A stretch of DNA of 45,015 nucleotides from a bacterium (GTDB lineage Bacteria > JACRDZ01 > JAQUKH01), in contig JAQUKH010000005.1 in NCBI GenBank assembly GCA_028719205.1, positions 62,001 to 107,015 on the forward strand. Direction: 5' to 3'. A program made the translations under genes and the position numbers. The first letter of the stretch is position 1. Every line of letters begins with the position of its first letter. Positions 26,324 to 36,356 of the stretch are shown here, in pieces. The notes under the pieces are model-generated. The model did no database searches. It had not been told where the DNA came from and saw only the letters and a list, made by a program, of their open reading frames with translations.

Positions 26324-27320
26324 TTTTCTTTAGTACTTTAACGATTTCTTTGATTAAATCTTTCAAACCTTCTCCGCTAACACCGGATATAGTCAGAAAA
26401 GGTATTTTTTTTCGTTTAAAAAACTTTTCCGCCTTAGGCAAAATTTCTTTTGCCCTCGGCATATCGATCTTATTCCCGACTACGATCTGTTTCTTTTTCA
26501 ATAGCATCGGGTCGAACAATCCCAATTCATGAATGATCGACTCATAATCCGACTGAAAATTTCTTCCCTCTTCTTCATTAGAAAGATCAATTAAATGTAC
26601 CAAAATTTTTGTGCGTTGTATATGACGTAAAAATTTGTCGCCAAGCCCTTCTCCTAAAGCCGCGCCATCTATCAATCCGGGCATATCCGCGACAACAAAT
26701 GAAAACCCATCTCCCAGATCCACCACCCCTAAATTCGGGAACAGAGTGGTAAACGGATAATTAGCGATCTTTGGTTTTGCCTTGCTGATACGGCTTAACA
26801 AAGTCGATTTCCCCGCGTTAGGCAAACCGATTATTCCAACCTCAGCAATAAGTTTCAGGTCTAAACGAATTTTATATTCTTCACCGGGTTCACCTTTTTG
26901 AGAGAACCTGGGTGCTTGACGGGTTGATGTAGCAAAATGGGCGTTTCCTTTACCTCCACGGCCTCCTTTGGCAATTAAAAACTCCTGTCCCTTTTCAACA
27001 AGGTCACAAAGGAGATCACCTGTTTCCATGTTGTAGAGCATCGTCCCTAAAGGAGCAAGCATAACTATGTCTTCGCCGCTTTTCCCGCTGCAGTTATTCC
27101 CCTGCCCATGGCCGCCCCTTCCAGCTTTATATTGAGGGCGATAATAAAAATCAACTAACGTCTTAATATTTTTATCGGCCTTTATTATAACACTGCCGCC
27201 GCGGCCGCCTTCTCCCCCATCAGGGCCGCCGCGAGGCACATATTTCTCCCTGCGGAAAGAAACAGCGCCGCTGCCTCCATCACCCGCCTTAACATAAATT
27301 TCCATTTGATCAATAAACAT
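26313..27320 (-). CDS. obgE: GTPase ObgE
   Basis: FRREKYVPRGGPDGG, GLPNAGKST, YPFTT, DMPGL, NKID. Confidence 0.98.
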   Translation of the reverse strand: MFIDQMEIYVKAGDGGSGAVSFRREKYVPRGGPDGGEGGRGGSVIIKADKNIKTLVDFYYRPQYKAGRGGHGQGNNCSGKSGEDIVMLAPLGTMLYNMETGDLLCDLVEKGQEFLIAKGGRGGKGNAHFATSTRQAPRFSQKGEPGEEYKIRLDLKLIAEVGIIGLPNAGKSTLLSRISKAKPKIANYPFTTLFPNLGVVDLGDGFSFVVADMPGLIDGAALGEGLGDKFLRHIQRTKILVHLIDLSNEEEGRNFQSDYESIIHELGLFDPMLLKKKQIVVGNKIDMPRAKEILPKAEKFFKRKKIPFLTISGVSGEGLKDLIKEIVKVLKKNEK

Positions 27321-27358
27321 ATACTCGCTTCGCTCCGTGTTAGTGTACTGACATTATT

Positions 27359-27616
27359 CTATGCTGCAACCGGAGTAATATTAATAAGCTTTTTCTTACC
27401 CCTTACAACGTATTTCACTAAACCATCCACCAACGCGAATAGAGTATCATCTCTTCCTATTCCTACATTTAATCCGGGGTGATATTTAGTTCCGCGCTGG
27501 CGCACCAAAATATTTCCGGCTTTAACAATTTCTCCACCGAATTTTTTTGGGCCTAAACGCTTTCCCGCGCTGTCTCTGCCGTTTCTAGCACTACCTGATG
27601 ATTTTTTTGTAGCCAT
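27359..27616 (-). CDS. rpmA: 50S ribosomal protein L27
   Basis: [27 protein letters not shown]. Confidence 0.98.
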   Translation of the reverse strand: MATKKSSGSARNGRDSAGKRLGPKKFGGEIVKAGNILVRQRGTKYHPGLNVGIGRDDTLFALVDGLVKYVVRGKKKLINITPVAA

Positions 27617-27628
27617 TACTTTCTCCTT

Positions 27629-27943
27629 CTACATATTAATTTCATTTATTTTTACTTTAGAAAAATCTGAACGATGACCAATAGTTTTTCTATAACCCTT
27701 TTTCGCTTTATATTTCGTAACCCGGATCTTTTCACCTCTTAACTCCTCAACAACTTCACCCTGAACCTTGATCTTTTTCAAAGCCTTGTTATCTGTAATA
27801 AGTTTTTCTCCATCCTGAGCTAAAACTACATTAATAAATTCAATTTTTTCTCCCGGCTTTTGTTTTAAACGGTCCATTGTTACAACATCTCCCTCTTTTA
27901 CCTGCAACTGGCTGCCCTGAGCCTCAATTACTGCCTTTTTCAT
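27629..27943 (-). CDS. rplU: 50S ribosomal protein L21
   Basis: AVIE..G.Q..V.EGD, RGEKI, KGYRKTIGHR; directly upstream of rpmA. Confidence 0.95.
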   Translation of the reverse strand: MKKAVIEAQGSQLQVKEGDVVTMDRLKQKPGEKIEFINVVLAQDGEKLITDNKALKKIKVQGEVVEELRGEKIRVTKYKAKKGYRKTIGHRSDFSKVKINEINM

Positions 27944-29456
27944 AAAATTTCACCTCCTTCTGCTGAATAATTTCATAATTTTCCATATTTATATCCTTAT
28001 CGGCCTTAATAAAAATGTCCCGATTCAGTAATTTTTCTAAATATCTTACCTCCGAGATCGCCTCCCGAAGTATATAGATCGCAACGCTATTATGAACCTT
28101 TACCAGTATCCTGTTTGTAAACTGGTCATATTTTTTATGCTTTATTTCATTAAATACTTCACCTGCAATAACAGCAACCGGCCGTACAATCCCCTCACCG
28201 CGGCAGCAGGGACAAACCTCCCCCAATAATTTTTCAAGGCTCGGCCGCGAACGTTTCCGGGTCATCTCTACCAATCCTAATTTGCCGTATGCTACAACAT
28301 TGGTACGGGAACGGTCGCTCTTTAACGCTTCACGGAAAGTAGCAAGCACTTTGCCCTTATTTTCCTCTCTTTCCATGTCTATAAAATCCACTACAATAAT
28401 ACCGCCAAGATCCCTTAAACGCATCTGCTTTGCTATTTCAACCGCGGCTTCAAGATTGGTTTTCAACGCGGTCTCTTCCAGATCCTTCTTGCCGATAAAT
28501 TTCCCGCTGTTAACATCAATAGAAACCAATGCCTCAGTTTCATCAATAACAATATGGCCTCCGCATTTTAATTTTACACTGCGGTTCAAGGCCTCATAGA
28601 TCTCATGTTCAATTCCATAAAAAGAAAATAAAGGTTCCTGTCCCTGGTAAAATTCCACTCTCGACTTCAAATTAGGCTGAATATATGAAACAAATTCCAT
28701 TATTTCTTCATACTCGCTGTGAGAATCTATCACGAGCTTCACAACATCAAACGACATCAAATCCCTAATTACCCTGAATATTATCCCCAGATCCTGATGT
28801 ATCAAACTGGGCGCGCGGACAGAATTAGACGTTTTCTGGATCTTATCCCAAAGTTTGCTCAAAAATTGAACATCGCTCGACAGGTCTTTTTTCGATCTTT
28901 TTCCCGCTACAGTCCGGATGATAATGCCTTTTCCCTGAGGTTTTATCTCCTTGACGAGTTTTCTGAGCCTTGTCCTTTCTTCCTCGCTTTCGATCTTCCT
29001 TGAAATTCCAACATGGTCTTCCGTCGGCATAAAAACCAGATATCTGCCGGGAAGCGCGATATGTGTTGTTATCCTCGCGCCTTTTTCACCCAATGGTTCT
29101 TTAGCTATCTGAACCAGGACTTCCTGATTCCTTTTCAAACTTGAGTTAAACGGTCCCGATTTATCGGCTCTTGACGCGCTTATTTTTTCTATTTCACCAT
29201 CGCTGTCATCTCCCAGGAATCCTGCGTCAGACAAACTCAAATAAGCATTTTTTTCCAGCCCGATATCGACAAAAGCCGCCTGAATTCCCGGAATAACTCT
29301 GGATATCTTGCCCTTATAAACGCTCCCGACTAAACGTCCGGTTTCTCTTTTTTCCCAAAATATCTCGCATAATCTTCCGTTCTCTCTTAACGCGACACGT
29401 GTATCTTTTTGCCCCACATTAATAAAGATTTCTCTTTTTACTTTTATTTTACTCAT
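27924..29456 (-). CDS. rng: Ribonuclease G/E family
   Basis: GSVYKGKI, AAFVDIG, QIAKEPLGEKGAR, IDVNSG, LRDLGGIIVVDFIDM, CPCC. Start moved to ATG 29456 (track 29543 overlaps the upstream gene). Confidence 0.95.
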   Translation of the reverse strand: MSKIKVKREIFINVGQKDTRVALRENGRLCEIFWEKRETGRLVGSVYKGKISRVIPGIQAAFVDIGLEKNAYLSLSDAGFLGDDSDGEIEKISASRADKSGPFNSSLKRNQEVLVQIAKEPLGEKGARITTHIALPGRYLVFMPTEDHVGISRKIESEEERTRLRKLVKEIKPQGKGIIIRTVAGKRSKKDLSSDVQFLSKLWDKIQKTSNSVRAPSLIHQDLGIIFRVIRDLMSFDVVKLVIDSHSEYEEIMEFVSYIQPNLKSRVEFYQGQEPLFSFYGIEHEIYEALNRSVKLKCGGHIVIDETEALVSIDVNSGKFIGKKDLEETALKTNLEAAVEIAKQMRLRDLGGIIVVDFIDMEREENKGKVLATFREALKSDRSRTNVVAYGKLGLVEMTRKRSRPSLEKLLGEVCPCCRGEGIVRPVAVIAGEVFNEIKHKKYDQFTNRILVKVHNSVAIYILREAISEVRYLEKLLNRDIFIKADKDINMENYEIIQQKEVKFYEKGSN

Positions 29457-29460
29457 ATCA

Positions 29461-30114
29461 TCAAATCCTATTCCCGTCTTTATCATAGAACGCAAGTCTT
29501 TTAACAAAGATATAAAACCATCCTGAAGATTCAGTAATTTCATTTAAAACATCCTTCATTTTCACAGATTCTTCAACTTTCAGAACAAAATAATTCTTTG
29601 TCAGATCGTTCCCAGAACGGCTTTCATCATTAAAGATCTCAATCTTCTTATCGGCAAATTTTGCGCTTAATTTTCTCTCTAATAATTCTTTATCAAGATC
29701 CCGCGGCAAACTAAGCCTGTAAGCTATATATTTAATTTCTTTGTTCAGCAAACCTTTTTTACTTACAAATACCACTTCAGAAAGCATTAAACCTTCAGGA
29801 AGATTTTTATTGATCTTTTCCGACAGATCCTTCCAGTCATTTTTCCCCGCAAGTTCGATCTCCATCATCTCTGTTTCACTTTCCCATCCAAGCGATAACG
29901 GCGGACCGAAGGAAATTTTCGGATGCGGGCTGTACCCCTGGGAATAAAGAAAAGGGATATCCGCTCTTCCCATCGCCCTCAATATGGACCTGGTAAAATC
30001 CAGATGAGATATAAAACGGACCAAACCCTCTTTTTTAAAACGCAGCCTCACTGAAAAAGTAAATGAAGGCGGATTGTTCCCGCCTTTATTCAGCAGCATT
30101 TTTCCAATCCGCAA
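29461..30114 (-). CDS. Radical SAM-linked protein (TIGR03936 / DUF2344)
   Basis: RFISHLD, RA..RADIP..YSQGYSPHPKISFGPPLSLG.ES..E; true start may be slightly downstream. Confidence 0.9.
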   Translation of the reverse strand: MRIGKMLLNKGGNNPPSFTFSVRLRFKKEGLVRFISHLDFTRSILRAMGRADIPFLYSQGYSPHPKISFGPPLSLGWESETEMMEIELAGKNDWKDLSEKINKNLPEGLMLSEVVFVSKKGLLNKEIKYIAYRLSLPRDLDKELLERKLSAKFADKKIEIFNDESRSGNDLTKNYFVLKVEESVKMKDVLNEITESSGWFYIFVKRLAFYDKDGNRI

Positions 30115-31883
30115 AAATTACATCCCGCTTTACTGCAGTCTAAAGTAATTTCTGAATCCTGTGACTTTTTATGTTCAGATATAAGGTATTCCTTCTTCAC
30201 ACCTGTATCAATATGATCCCAAGGGAAAACCTCGTCATAATCTCTCTTTCTATTCGCGTAAAACGCGGGATCCAGATCGTTTTCTTTAAAAGCATCCAGC
30301 CATAAAGAAAATTTAAAATGTTCATGCCAACTGTCAAATCTAGCACCTTTTTGCCACGCTGATAATATTACGTTTCCAACCCTGCGGTCGCCTCTGCAAA
30401 TAACCGCCTCCAGAAAAGACTGCTCAATATTATGGAACTTGAGCGGATACCTTACCCGCTTTCTTAAATAATCCAGCTTTTCTTTTAAAACACTTATTTC
30501 AGGCTGTTCACACCATTGAAAAGCCGTATGGGGTTTAGGAACAAAAAATGATAAACTGACATTTACCTTACCACCGTTCCTCTTCCTCATGATCTTCGAT
30601 ACTTTATCTAAAAGCAGTCCTATCTCTTCCAGATCCCGCGATTCCTCCTGAGGCAGCCCGACAATAAAATAAAGCTTAAGTAAATTCCAGCCCAAACCCG
30701 TGACCTTTTCCGCTATCCCCAAAAGGTCTTCTTCAGTTACCTGCTTATTAACCATATCCCGCAAACGCTGAGACCCTGCCTCCAGCGCGAAAGTAAATCC
30801 GGTCTTTTTAACCTTTTGTATCTTTTGCGCTACCGCGACAGGAAAATTATCAATACGCATCGACGGAAGGCTTACAGAAACCCTTTTCGCGTAAAACTTT
30901 TCAATCAAAAGGTCAACCAATCCTTCCAGGTCCGGATAATCACCCGGACAAAGGCTGGAAAGAGAAATTTCATCGTATCCGGTATTTTTAATACCCTCTT
31001 CCGCTAAACGCAGGATCCGTTCTTTGTTTCTGGATCTATATGGACGATAAAGCATCCCTGCCTGGCAAAACCTGCAGCCATGCACACATCCCCTTGAGAT
31101 CTCAACCATCAGCCTGTCGTGTATCGTTTCAATGTATGGAACAACAAATTTCTCAGGGAAAAAACTATCTGAAAAATTTTTAACAAACCGTTTTTCTATT
31201 CTTGACGAAATCCCGTCTTTTTTCGGCTTTATTTCTTTAAGCCTGCCGTCAGGCAAATAACTCGCTTCATAGAAGGAAGGAATATATACTCCCTGAATTT
31301 TAGCCAGATCTTCGAGTAAAACATCCTTCTTTTCTTTTTTTTCTCTCCAGCTGGAAAAGGCCCGGATCAGTTCTTGTGAAACCTCTTCCCCTTCGCCGAC
31401 AACAAAAGCGTCAAAAAACAGGGCTAAAGGTTCGGGAGTAAAGGCTCCAACCCCGCCCGCTATAATCAGAGGATAATCCCCTTTTTCCCTCTCAGATGCT
31501 AAAAAAGGGATACCGCATAAATCCAATATTGTAAATATATTAGTATAGCATAATTCATATGGTAAAGTAAAGCCAATAATATCGAAATCCTTAAGATCTT
31601 TCTTTGACTCCAGGCTGAAAACAGGAACCCTTTTTTCCCTTAAAAGAGCTTCCATATCTGCACTGGGCGCGTAAGCCCTTTCAGCTATACAATTATCCAT
31701 CTCATTAAGCAAAGAATAAAGTATTTTCAAACCAAGATGCGACATCCCAACCTCATACAGGTCAGGAAAAGCAAGGGCAATTTTCACCTTTTCATCATCC
31801 CAGGGCTTTTTTACTATATTCCATTCCTCTCCGATATACCGCCCCGGCTTATAAACTTTATTCAATATTTCTTCTAAATTCAC
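30090..31883 (-). CDS. B12-binding radical SAM protein (TIGR03960 family)
   Basis: KPGRYIGEE.N, FPDLYEVGMSHLG, RGCVHGCRFCQAG (CxxxCxxC), PKPHT.FQW. Confidence 0.93.
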   Translation of the reverse strand: MNLEEILNKVYKPGRYIGEEWNIVKKPWDDEKVKIALAFPDLYEVGMSHLGLKILYSLLNEMDNCIAERAYAPSADMEALLREKRVPVFSLESKKDLKDFDIIGFTLPYELCYTNIFTILDLCGIPFLASEREKGDYPLIIAGGVGAFTPEPLALFFDAFVVGEGEEVSQELIRAFSSWREKKEKKDVLLEDLAKIQGVYIPSFYEASYLPDGRLKEIKPKKDGISSRIEKRFVKNFSDSFFPEKFVVPYIETIHDRLMVEISRGCVHGCRFCQAGMLYRPYRSRNKERILRLAEEGIKNTGYDEISLSSLCPGDYPDLEGLVDLLIEKFYAKRVSVSLPSMRIDNFPVAVAQKIQKVKKTGFTFALEAGSQRLRDMVNKQVTEEDLLGIAEKVTGLGWNLLKLYFIVGLPQEESRDLEEIGLLLDKVSKIMRKRNGGKVNVSLSFFVPKPHTAFQWCEQPEISVLKEKLDYLRKRVRYPLKFHNIEQSFLEAVICRGDRRVGNVILSAWQKGARFDSWHEHFKFSLWLDAFKENDLDPAFYANRKRDYDEVFPWDHIDTGVKKEYLISEHKKSQDSEITLDCSKAGCNFCGLEKCC

Positions 31884-31979
31884 TTGATTCCTTTAATTAA
31901 ATTAGATATTGTATCATTTTTTGAGACTTAATAGGTAAAAAAGATGAAAATCTGGTAAGAAAGGCGTAATATTAAAATT

Positions 31980-32738
31980 TTATTGAATATTGGTTGTATA
32001 TTCTTTCAATTGACATTTTATGTAGCCGTATTTTGTCTTAAACTTTACCTGGACGGGAAATGTCCCGTTTTTATACGCGAACCATATCCAGGTTCCGCTC
32101 GAAAGCCTTAATTGATTCGAACCGCCTGATCTTATATAAAATTCAACAGCCTTTGTTTCAAATCTGCCTGAAGGCACGTTAATAATTTCTTCTCCTAAAA
32201 CTTTTCCATCCAGTGTTTTTATCCCCCTGTCCGTAACATAATTCAAGTTTATACTTTCATCTTTATTTAATTTAAGGAATCTAAGATAAATCAGAACGGA
32301 TAAAGGATCCTGACAATCGGAAGGTATAAAATATTTCCCGCCGGGAGTAATAACCGTCTTTCGGCCGCTGTCAAAAATGTATTCACCTTTGCTGTGGCTC
32401 TTGCCCTCATTTATATCCTTAATATAACGCCATGAATAATAATTTTCAATATCTATAAAAGTCTCTTCAAGATCCCTGACCTTGAAGAAAAGATCGGCTA
32501 TTCCCGTCGAATAAGTCTCACTTACGATATGATAGGTTTTATGCCCGCCTGTTTCCATTAAACCTTTCACGTAAAAAATAGTTTTGCCTACCTTTATTCC
32601 TTTCCAGGTAATATCATAAACTAATTTCTGGCCGGGACAAAAATACTCCTTCCCGTAATTCCCTGCCGTGCAGGTAAATGTTAAAAAAAATAAAACAGAA
32701 ATCAGTAATTTATTTTTTTTCATTAAATTGTCAGGCAA
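31980..32738 (-). CDS. DUF3108-like exported protein
   Basis: Signal-like N-terminus, GQKLVYDITW.GI.VG, FFKVRD, DPLS, E.I.VPSGRFET; likely start ATG 32723. Confidence 0.8.
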   Translation of the reverse strand: MPDNLMKKNKLLISVLFFLTFTCTAGNYGKEYFCPGQKLVYDITWKGIKVGKTIFYVKGLMETGGHKTYHIVSETYSTGIADLFFKVRDLEETFIDIENYYSWRYIKDINEGKSHSKGEYIFDSGRKTVITPGGKYFIPSDCQDPLSVLIYLRFLKLNKDESINLNYVTDRGIKTLDGKVLGEEIINVPSGRFETKAVEFYIRSGGSNQLRLSSGTWIWFAYKNGTFPVQVKFKTKYGYIKCQLKEYTTNIQ

Positions 32739-32740
32739 TT

Positions 32741-33952
32741 TTATCCTTCATCCTTGATCTTTTCCAAAACTCCGATCATAATTAAAAAATTCAGTAAATA
32801 GGACCCGCCGTAACTTAAGAAAGGCAGAGGCACGCCGACAACGGGCGCGACTCCCATTGACATTCCGATATTTACAACGATATGAAAAACAAATATCACT
32901 GAAATTCCGCTGGCAACTAATGTGCTGAATTTATTTTTAGCCTGAAGCGCTATATCCAATATTCTTATTATTAAAATAAAAAACAATATCAAAAGCAAAA
33001 ATCCGCCGACAAAACCCCATTCTTCGCCGATAACGGAAAAAATAAAATCAGTATGATGTTCAGGAATAAAATTCAGGCGGTTTTGCGAACCATGAAGCCA
33101 ACCTTTGCCAAAGAACTGCCCCGATCCTACAGCAATCTTTGACTGAATTACACTGTATCCGCTTCCCAGAGGATCAAGCTCAGGATTAAGAAAGATCATG
33201 ATACGTTTCTTCTGGTAATCTTTAAGGAAATTCCATAATAACGGCTGGCCGATCCCTGAAAGAATTGAACTGATAATAACTATCCACGCGTCAATCCTTG
33301 AAGTTTTATTAAAATAAATTATAAGCGCAAGCAATACCATAAAAGAAAACCAGAGGGCCGGAAATTTAAATAATAAAAGGCTCAAAAACGGGGTTATTAA
33401 ATAAAATAAATACCGGTACGGCAGGTCACAAAGATATACTGAAATAAAAAATATAGGAATAAAAGCCAGCGCCGTTCCAAGATCCGGCTGTTTTAAAACC
33501 AGAAAAAACGGGACTAAAACGATCCCGATAGGAATTACGAGATCCGCAAATCCCTTAAGTTTTTTCTCTTTATCCATCAAATATCTTGAAAGCGCGAGAA
33601 TAACGGCGAATTTCATAAATTCAGAAGGCTGCATCATAAACGGCCCCAAAGAAAGCCATCTGCTGCTCCCTTTTGTAGAAACGCGTAAAACCAGAAGTAA
33701 TACCAAAAGAATAATATTAAACAAATAATAATAATACGAGTAGTTTAAAAATATTTCATTATTTAAATTATAAATGGCCGCTATTAAGCCCAATCCCGCT
33801 AACGCCCAGCATAATTGTTTAAGATAAAAAGGCAGTCCTGGAGTATTAAAAGTAAATGAGGCGCTGTAAATATTAAGCAGCCCGAATGCTATTAATATCA
33901 AAACTATGCCTAATAATATAAAATCGAAATTCTTAAAGACATTTTTTTTCAT
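32741..33952 (-). CDS. rodA: Rod shape-determining protein RodA
   Basis: QPSEFMK, QPDLGTA, QSKIAVGSG, PEHHTDFIFS, PFLSYGGS. Confidence 0.96.
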   Translation of the reverse strand: MKKNVFKNFDFILLGIVLILIAFGLLNIYSASFTFNTPGLPFYLKQLCWALAGLGLIAAIYNLNNEIFLNYSYYYYLFNIILLVLLLVLRVSTKGSSRWLSLGPFMMQPSEFMKFAVILALSRYLMDKEKKLKGFADLVIPIGIVLVPFFLVLKQPDLGTALAFIPIFFISVYLCDLPYRYLFYLITPFLSLLLFKFPALWFSFMVLLALIIYFNKTSRIDAWIVIISSILSGIGQPLLWNFLKDYQKKRIMIFLNPELDPLGSGYSVIQSKIAVGSGQFFGKGWLHGSQNRLNFIPEHHTDFIFSVIGEEWGFVGGFLLLILFFILIIRILDIALQAKNKFSTLVASGISVIFVFHIVVNIGMSMGVAPVVGVPLPFLSYGGSYLLNFLIMIGVLEKIKDEG

Positions 33953-35770
33953 TTAGTTTATTTCCATATCAAAATTTCTGGGTTCATCCTTAAGATAATA
34001 TGAAATTAATTCTTTTGCTATCGGAGCGGCGGAAGTACCGCCTTCTCCCCCGTGTTCCACCAGAATAACCAGACATATCTTTGGATTTTTCATCGGCGCG
34101 AAACACGCGAACCACGCATGAGGCCGAAGTTGTGCCGGCAGTCTTTTTTCCTCTTCTTCATCCATAGGCCTCGCGACCAATTGCGCTGTGCCTGTCTTTC
34201 CTGAAACATCAAGGCCCGGGATACGCGCTCGTACTCCGGTTCCGCCGCTGCCGTTAACTGCCTGCCATAAATATGATCTTACCATGTTAAAAGCTTCAGG
34301 CGGAAAATCGATTTTTTTTAATTCAACAGGCGCAAATTCTTTCAGGATCTTATTATCATAGCTTATTACCTTACTTACCATAAAAGGTCTATATATCGTT
34401 CCTCCGTTGGCCAACGCGGAATAAGCAATGGCAAGCTGAAGCGGTGTCGCTAAAATATATCCCTGCCCGATAGCAAGCTGGGCTGTATTCCCAGGAAACC
34501 ATTGAGAATGTTCCGAGATCAACCCGGCTTTTTCTGTATAAATATCGATCCCGGCGGCATTCCCGAAATTAAACTCTTTAAAAATATTAATTAATTTTTT
34601 CGCGCCAAGCTTCAAGCCAAGCTTATAAAAAAATATATTGCAGGAATACCGGATCGCGTGCCCCATATCAACTTTGCCATGCCCGTCTTTTTTCCAGCAA
34701 CGGAATACCTTATCTTTGATCGGGAACTCCCCGGTACATTCATTCAGGATCTTCGCGTTATCCATATCGTCGGACAACGCGCCAACAGATACGATCGGTT
34801 TCATAGTTGATCCCGGGGGATATTGACCCTGAATGGCACGGTTCAGTAATGGCAAATCAGGATTATTAATCAATTTTTTCCATTCACGGACAGTAACGCC
34901 TCCGATAAAAATATTCGGATCATATTTTGGAGAACTTACAAGCGCCAGTACCTCTCCGTTTGCCGGGTTTAACGCGACAACCGCGCCTTTCCTGTTCTTT
35001 AAAAGATCCTCTGCGAGCGCCTGCAGGCCGAGATCCAAAGTGGTTACTAAATTCGCGCCTTTAACAGGGTCTTCCATGGCTAAAACTTTAGTCTTTCGTC
35101 CCCACGCGTCAACCTCTATTTCTTCCCTTCCATTCCCTCCGCGCAAATAATTATCATAAGCCTGCTCTAATCCGCCCTGCCCCGCCAAATCTCCGGGGTC
35201 ATAATTACCTGATGGGTCTTTCAATTTTGATTCATTAACCTCACTTAAATAACCAATAATATGGCAAATCCCTTCAGACGGATAAAAACGTAAAGGCTCC
35301 AACCTTACACTGATACCCGGCAGGGAATTTTTATTTTCTTCAAATATTATAAGCTGTTTCTTTGAAATATTTTTTAATAATAACTGTGACTGATACGGAC
35401 GTATCATTCTGTTTTTATAGATCAGATCAAAATTTTCTTTTTCAACGTCAAATAACTTTGTTAGATTTTTCTTCAGTTCCGCTTCTTTATTTTTTGCGTC
35501 TTCCATTGTTATATACAGAGAATAACCCACAGAGTTTGACGCCAATAACTTATGGTTCCGGTCCAGGATCAAACCCCGCGGCGCCCTGATATAAGCTATA
35601 CGAACACGATTATACTTCGCCTGTTCCAGAAAATCTTTTCCCTTTATCAACTGCAGATACGCCAGATAAAAGATAAGAATAATAAAAAATATGCAAAAAA
35701 CAAAAATAACAGACTGTAATTTTTCCTTCATCCTGGGATTAATTGAAGTCTGTAAAGAAATAAAAGGCAT
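33953..35770 (-). CDS. mrdA: Penicillin-binding protein 2
   Basis: APRGLILDRN, YPPGSTMK (SxxK), SCN, GKTGTAQ. Confidence 0.96.
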   Translation of the reverse strand: MPFISLQTSINPRMKEKLQSVIFVFCIFFIILIFYLAYLQLIKGKDFLEQAKYNRVRIAYIRAPRGLILDRNHKLLASNSVGYSLYITMEDAKNKEAELKKNLTKLFDVEKENFDLIYKNRMIRPYQSQLLLKNISKKQLIIFEENKNSLPGISVRLEPLRFYPSEGICHIIGYLSEVNESKLKDPSGNYDPGDLAGQGGLEQAYDNYLRGGNGREEIEVDAWGRKTKVLAMEDPVKGANLVTTLDLGLQALAEDLLKNRKGAVVALNPANGEVLALVSSPKYDPNIFIGGVTVREWKKLINNPDLPLLNRAIQGQYPPGSTMKPIVSVGALSDDMDNAKILNECTGEFPIKDKVFRCWKKDGHGKVDMGHAIRYSCNIFFYKLGLKLGAKKLINIFKEFNFGNAAGIDIYTEKAGLISEHSQWFPGNTAQLAIGQGYILATPLQLAIAYSALANGGTIYRPFMVSKVISYDNKILKEFAPVELKKIDFPPEAFNMVRSYLWQAVNGSGGTGVRARIPGLDVSGKTGTAQLVARPMDEEEEKRLPAQLRPHAWFACFAPMKNPKICLVILVEHGGEGGTSAAPIAKELISYYLKDEPRNFDMEIN

Positions 35771-35779
35771 TTTTTACCC

Positions 35780-36262
35780 CTATTTTGTTCTAAATATCTT
35801 TTTGAGCCCAAGAACAACAAATGGAGTCAATATTGTATTGTAAATCACTAAAGGAAGGATGATATTTCTGAAACTTGAACCAAAAAAAGAAGCATATGGT
35901 TGAAACATTTTTAGCCAGAAAAAAATGAAAAACTCCTGAAAAACACTTGCTGCAAAAGCAGCTATCGCGTACGGATAGATACCTGTTTTATAAATATGCT
36001 TTCCAATAATACCTAACGCGAAACCTATCAAAGTTTTGCTTACAGTAAACAAACCTAAATACCCGCTTCCTAAAATATCTTCCGTCAATCCGCCGATAAA
36101 GCCTAAACTGGCCCCTGTCAAGGGACCTTCGTAAATTGAAATAAACACGACGATAATCAAAAGAATATCCGGTTTATAAGAACCAAATTCAATAAACCTG
36201 AATAATGTAATTTTAAGTACTACACTTATAATTACTACGGCAAGCATTAGTAATTTTGACAT
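35780..36262 (-). CDS. mreD: Rod shape-determining protein MreD
   Basis: Hydrophobic; KPDILLI, GFIGGL.ED; between mreC and mrdA. Confidence 0.92.
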   Translation of the reverse strand: MSKLLMLAVVIISVVLKITLFRFIEFGSYKPDILLIIVVFISIYEGPLTGASLGFIGGLTEDILGSGYLGLFTVSKTLIGFALGIIGKHIYKTGIYPYAIAAFAASVFQEFFIFFWLKMFQPYASFFGSSFRNIILPLVIYNTILTPFVVLGLKKIFRTK

Positions 36263-36272
36263 AAAAAACCTT

Positions 36273-36356
36273 TTTTATCCCCTTCGAGGATAACAATGAG
36301 TAAAAGCGAAAAGAACCTGGCTTTCAGCCAGGATCTTCCGCTTAACTCAAGTTTAT
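36273..36356 (-). mobile_element. 78-bp structured repeat, copy B (attC-like mini-element)
   Basis: Reverse complement matches copy A; begins at the mreC TAA; ATAAA direct repeats 78 bp apart. Confidence 0.75.

Noticed and set aside
29457-29543. Long N-terminal extensions on Rng (also RadA, TPR and PASTA proteins)
   Set aside because: Artefacts of longest-ORF calling; downstream ATGs fit the family starts, SD or promoter positions better.
16616-36356. 78-bp repeat or heptamers as a CRISPR array or tRNA
   Set aside because: Only two distant inverted copies, no repeat-spacer periodicity, no cas genes, no cloverleaf.
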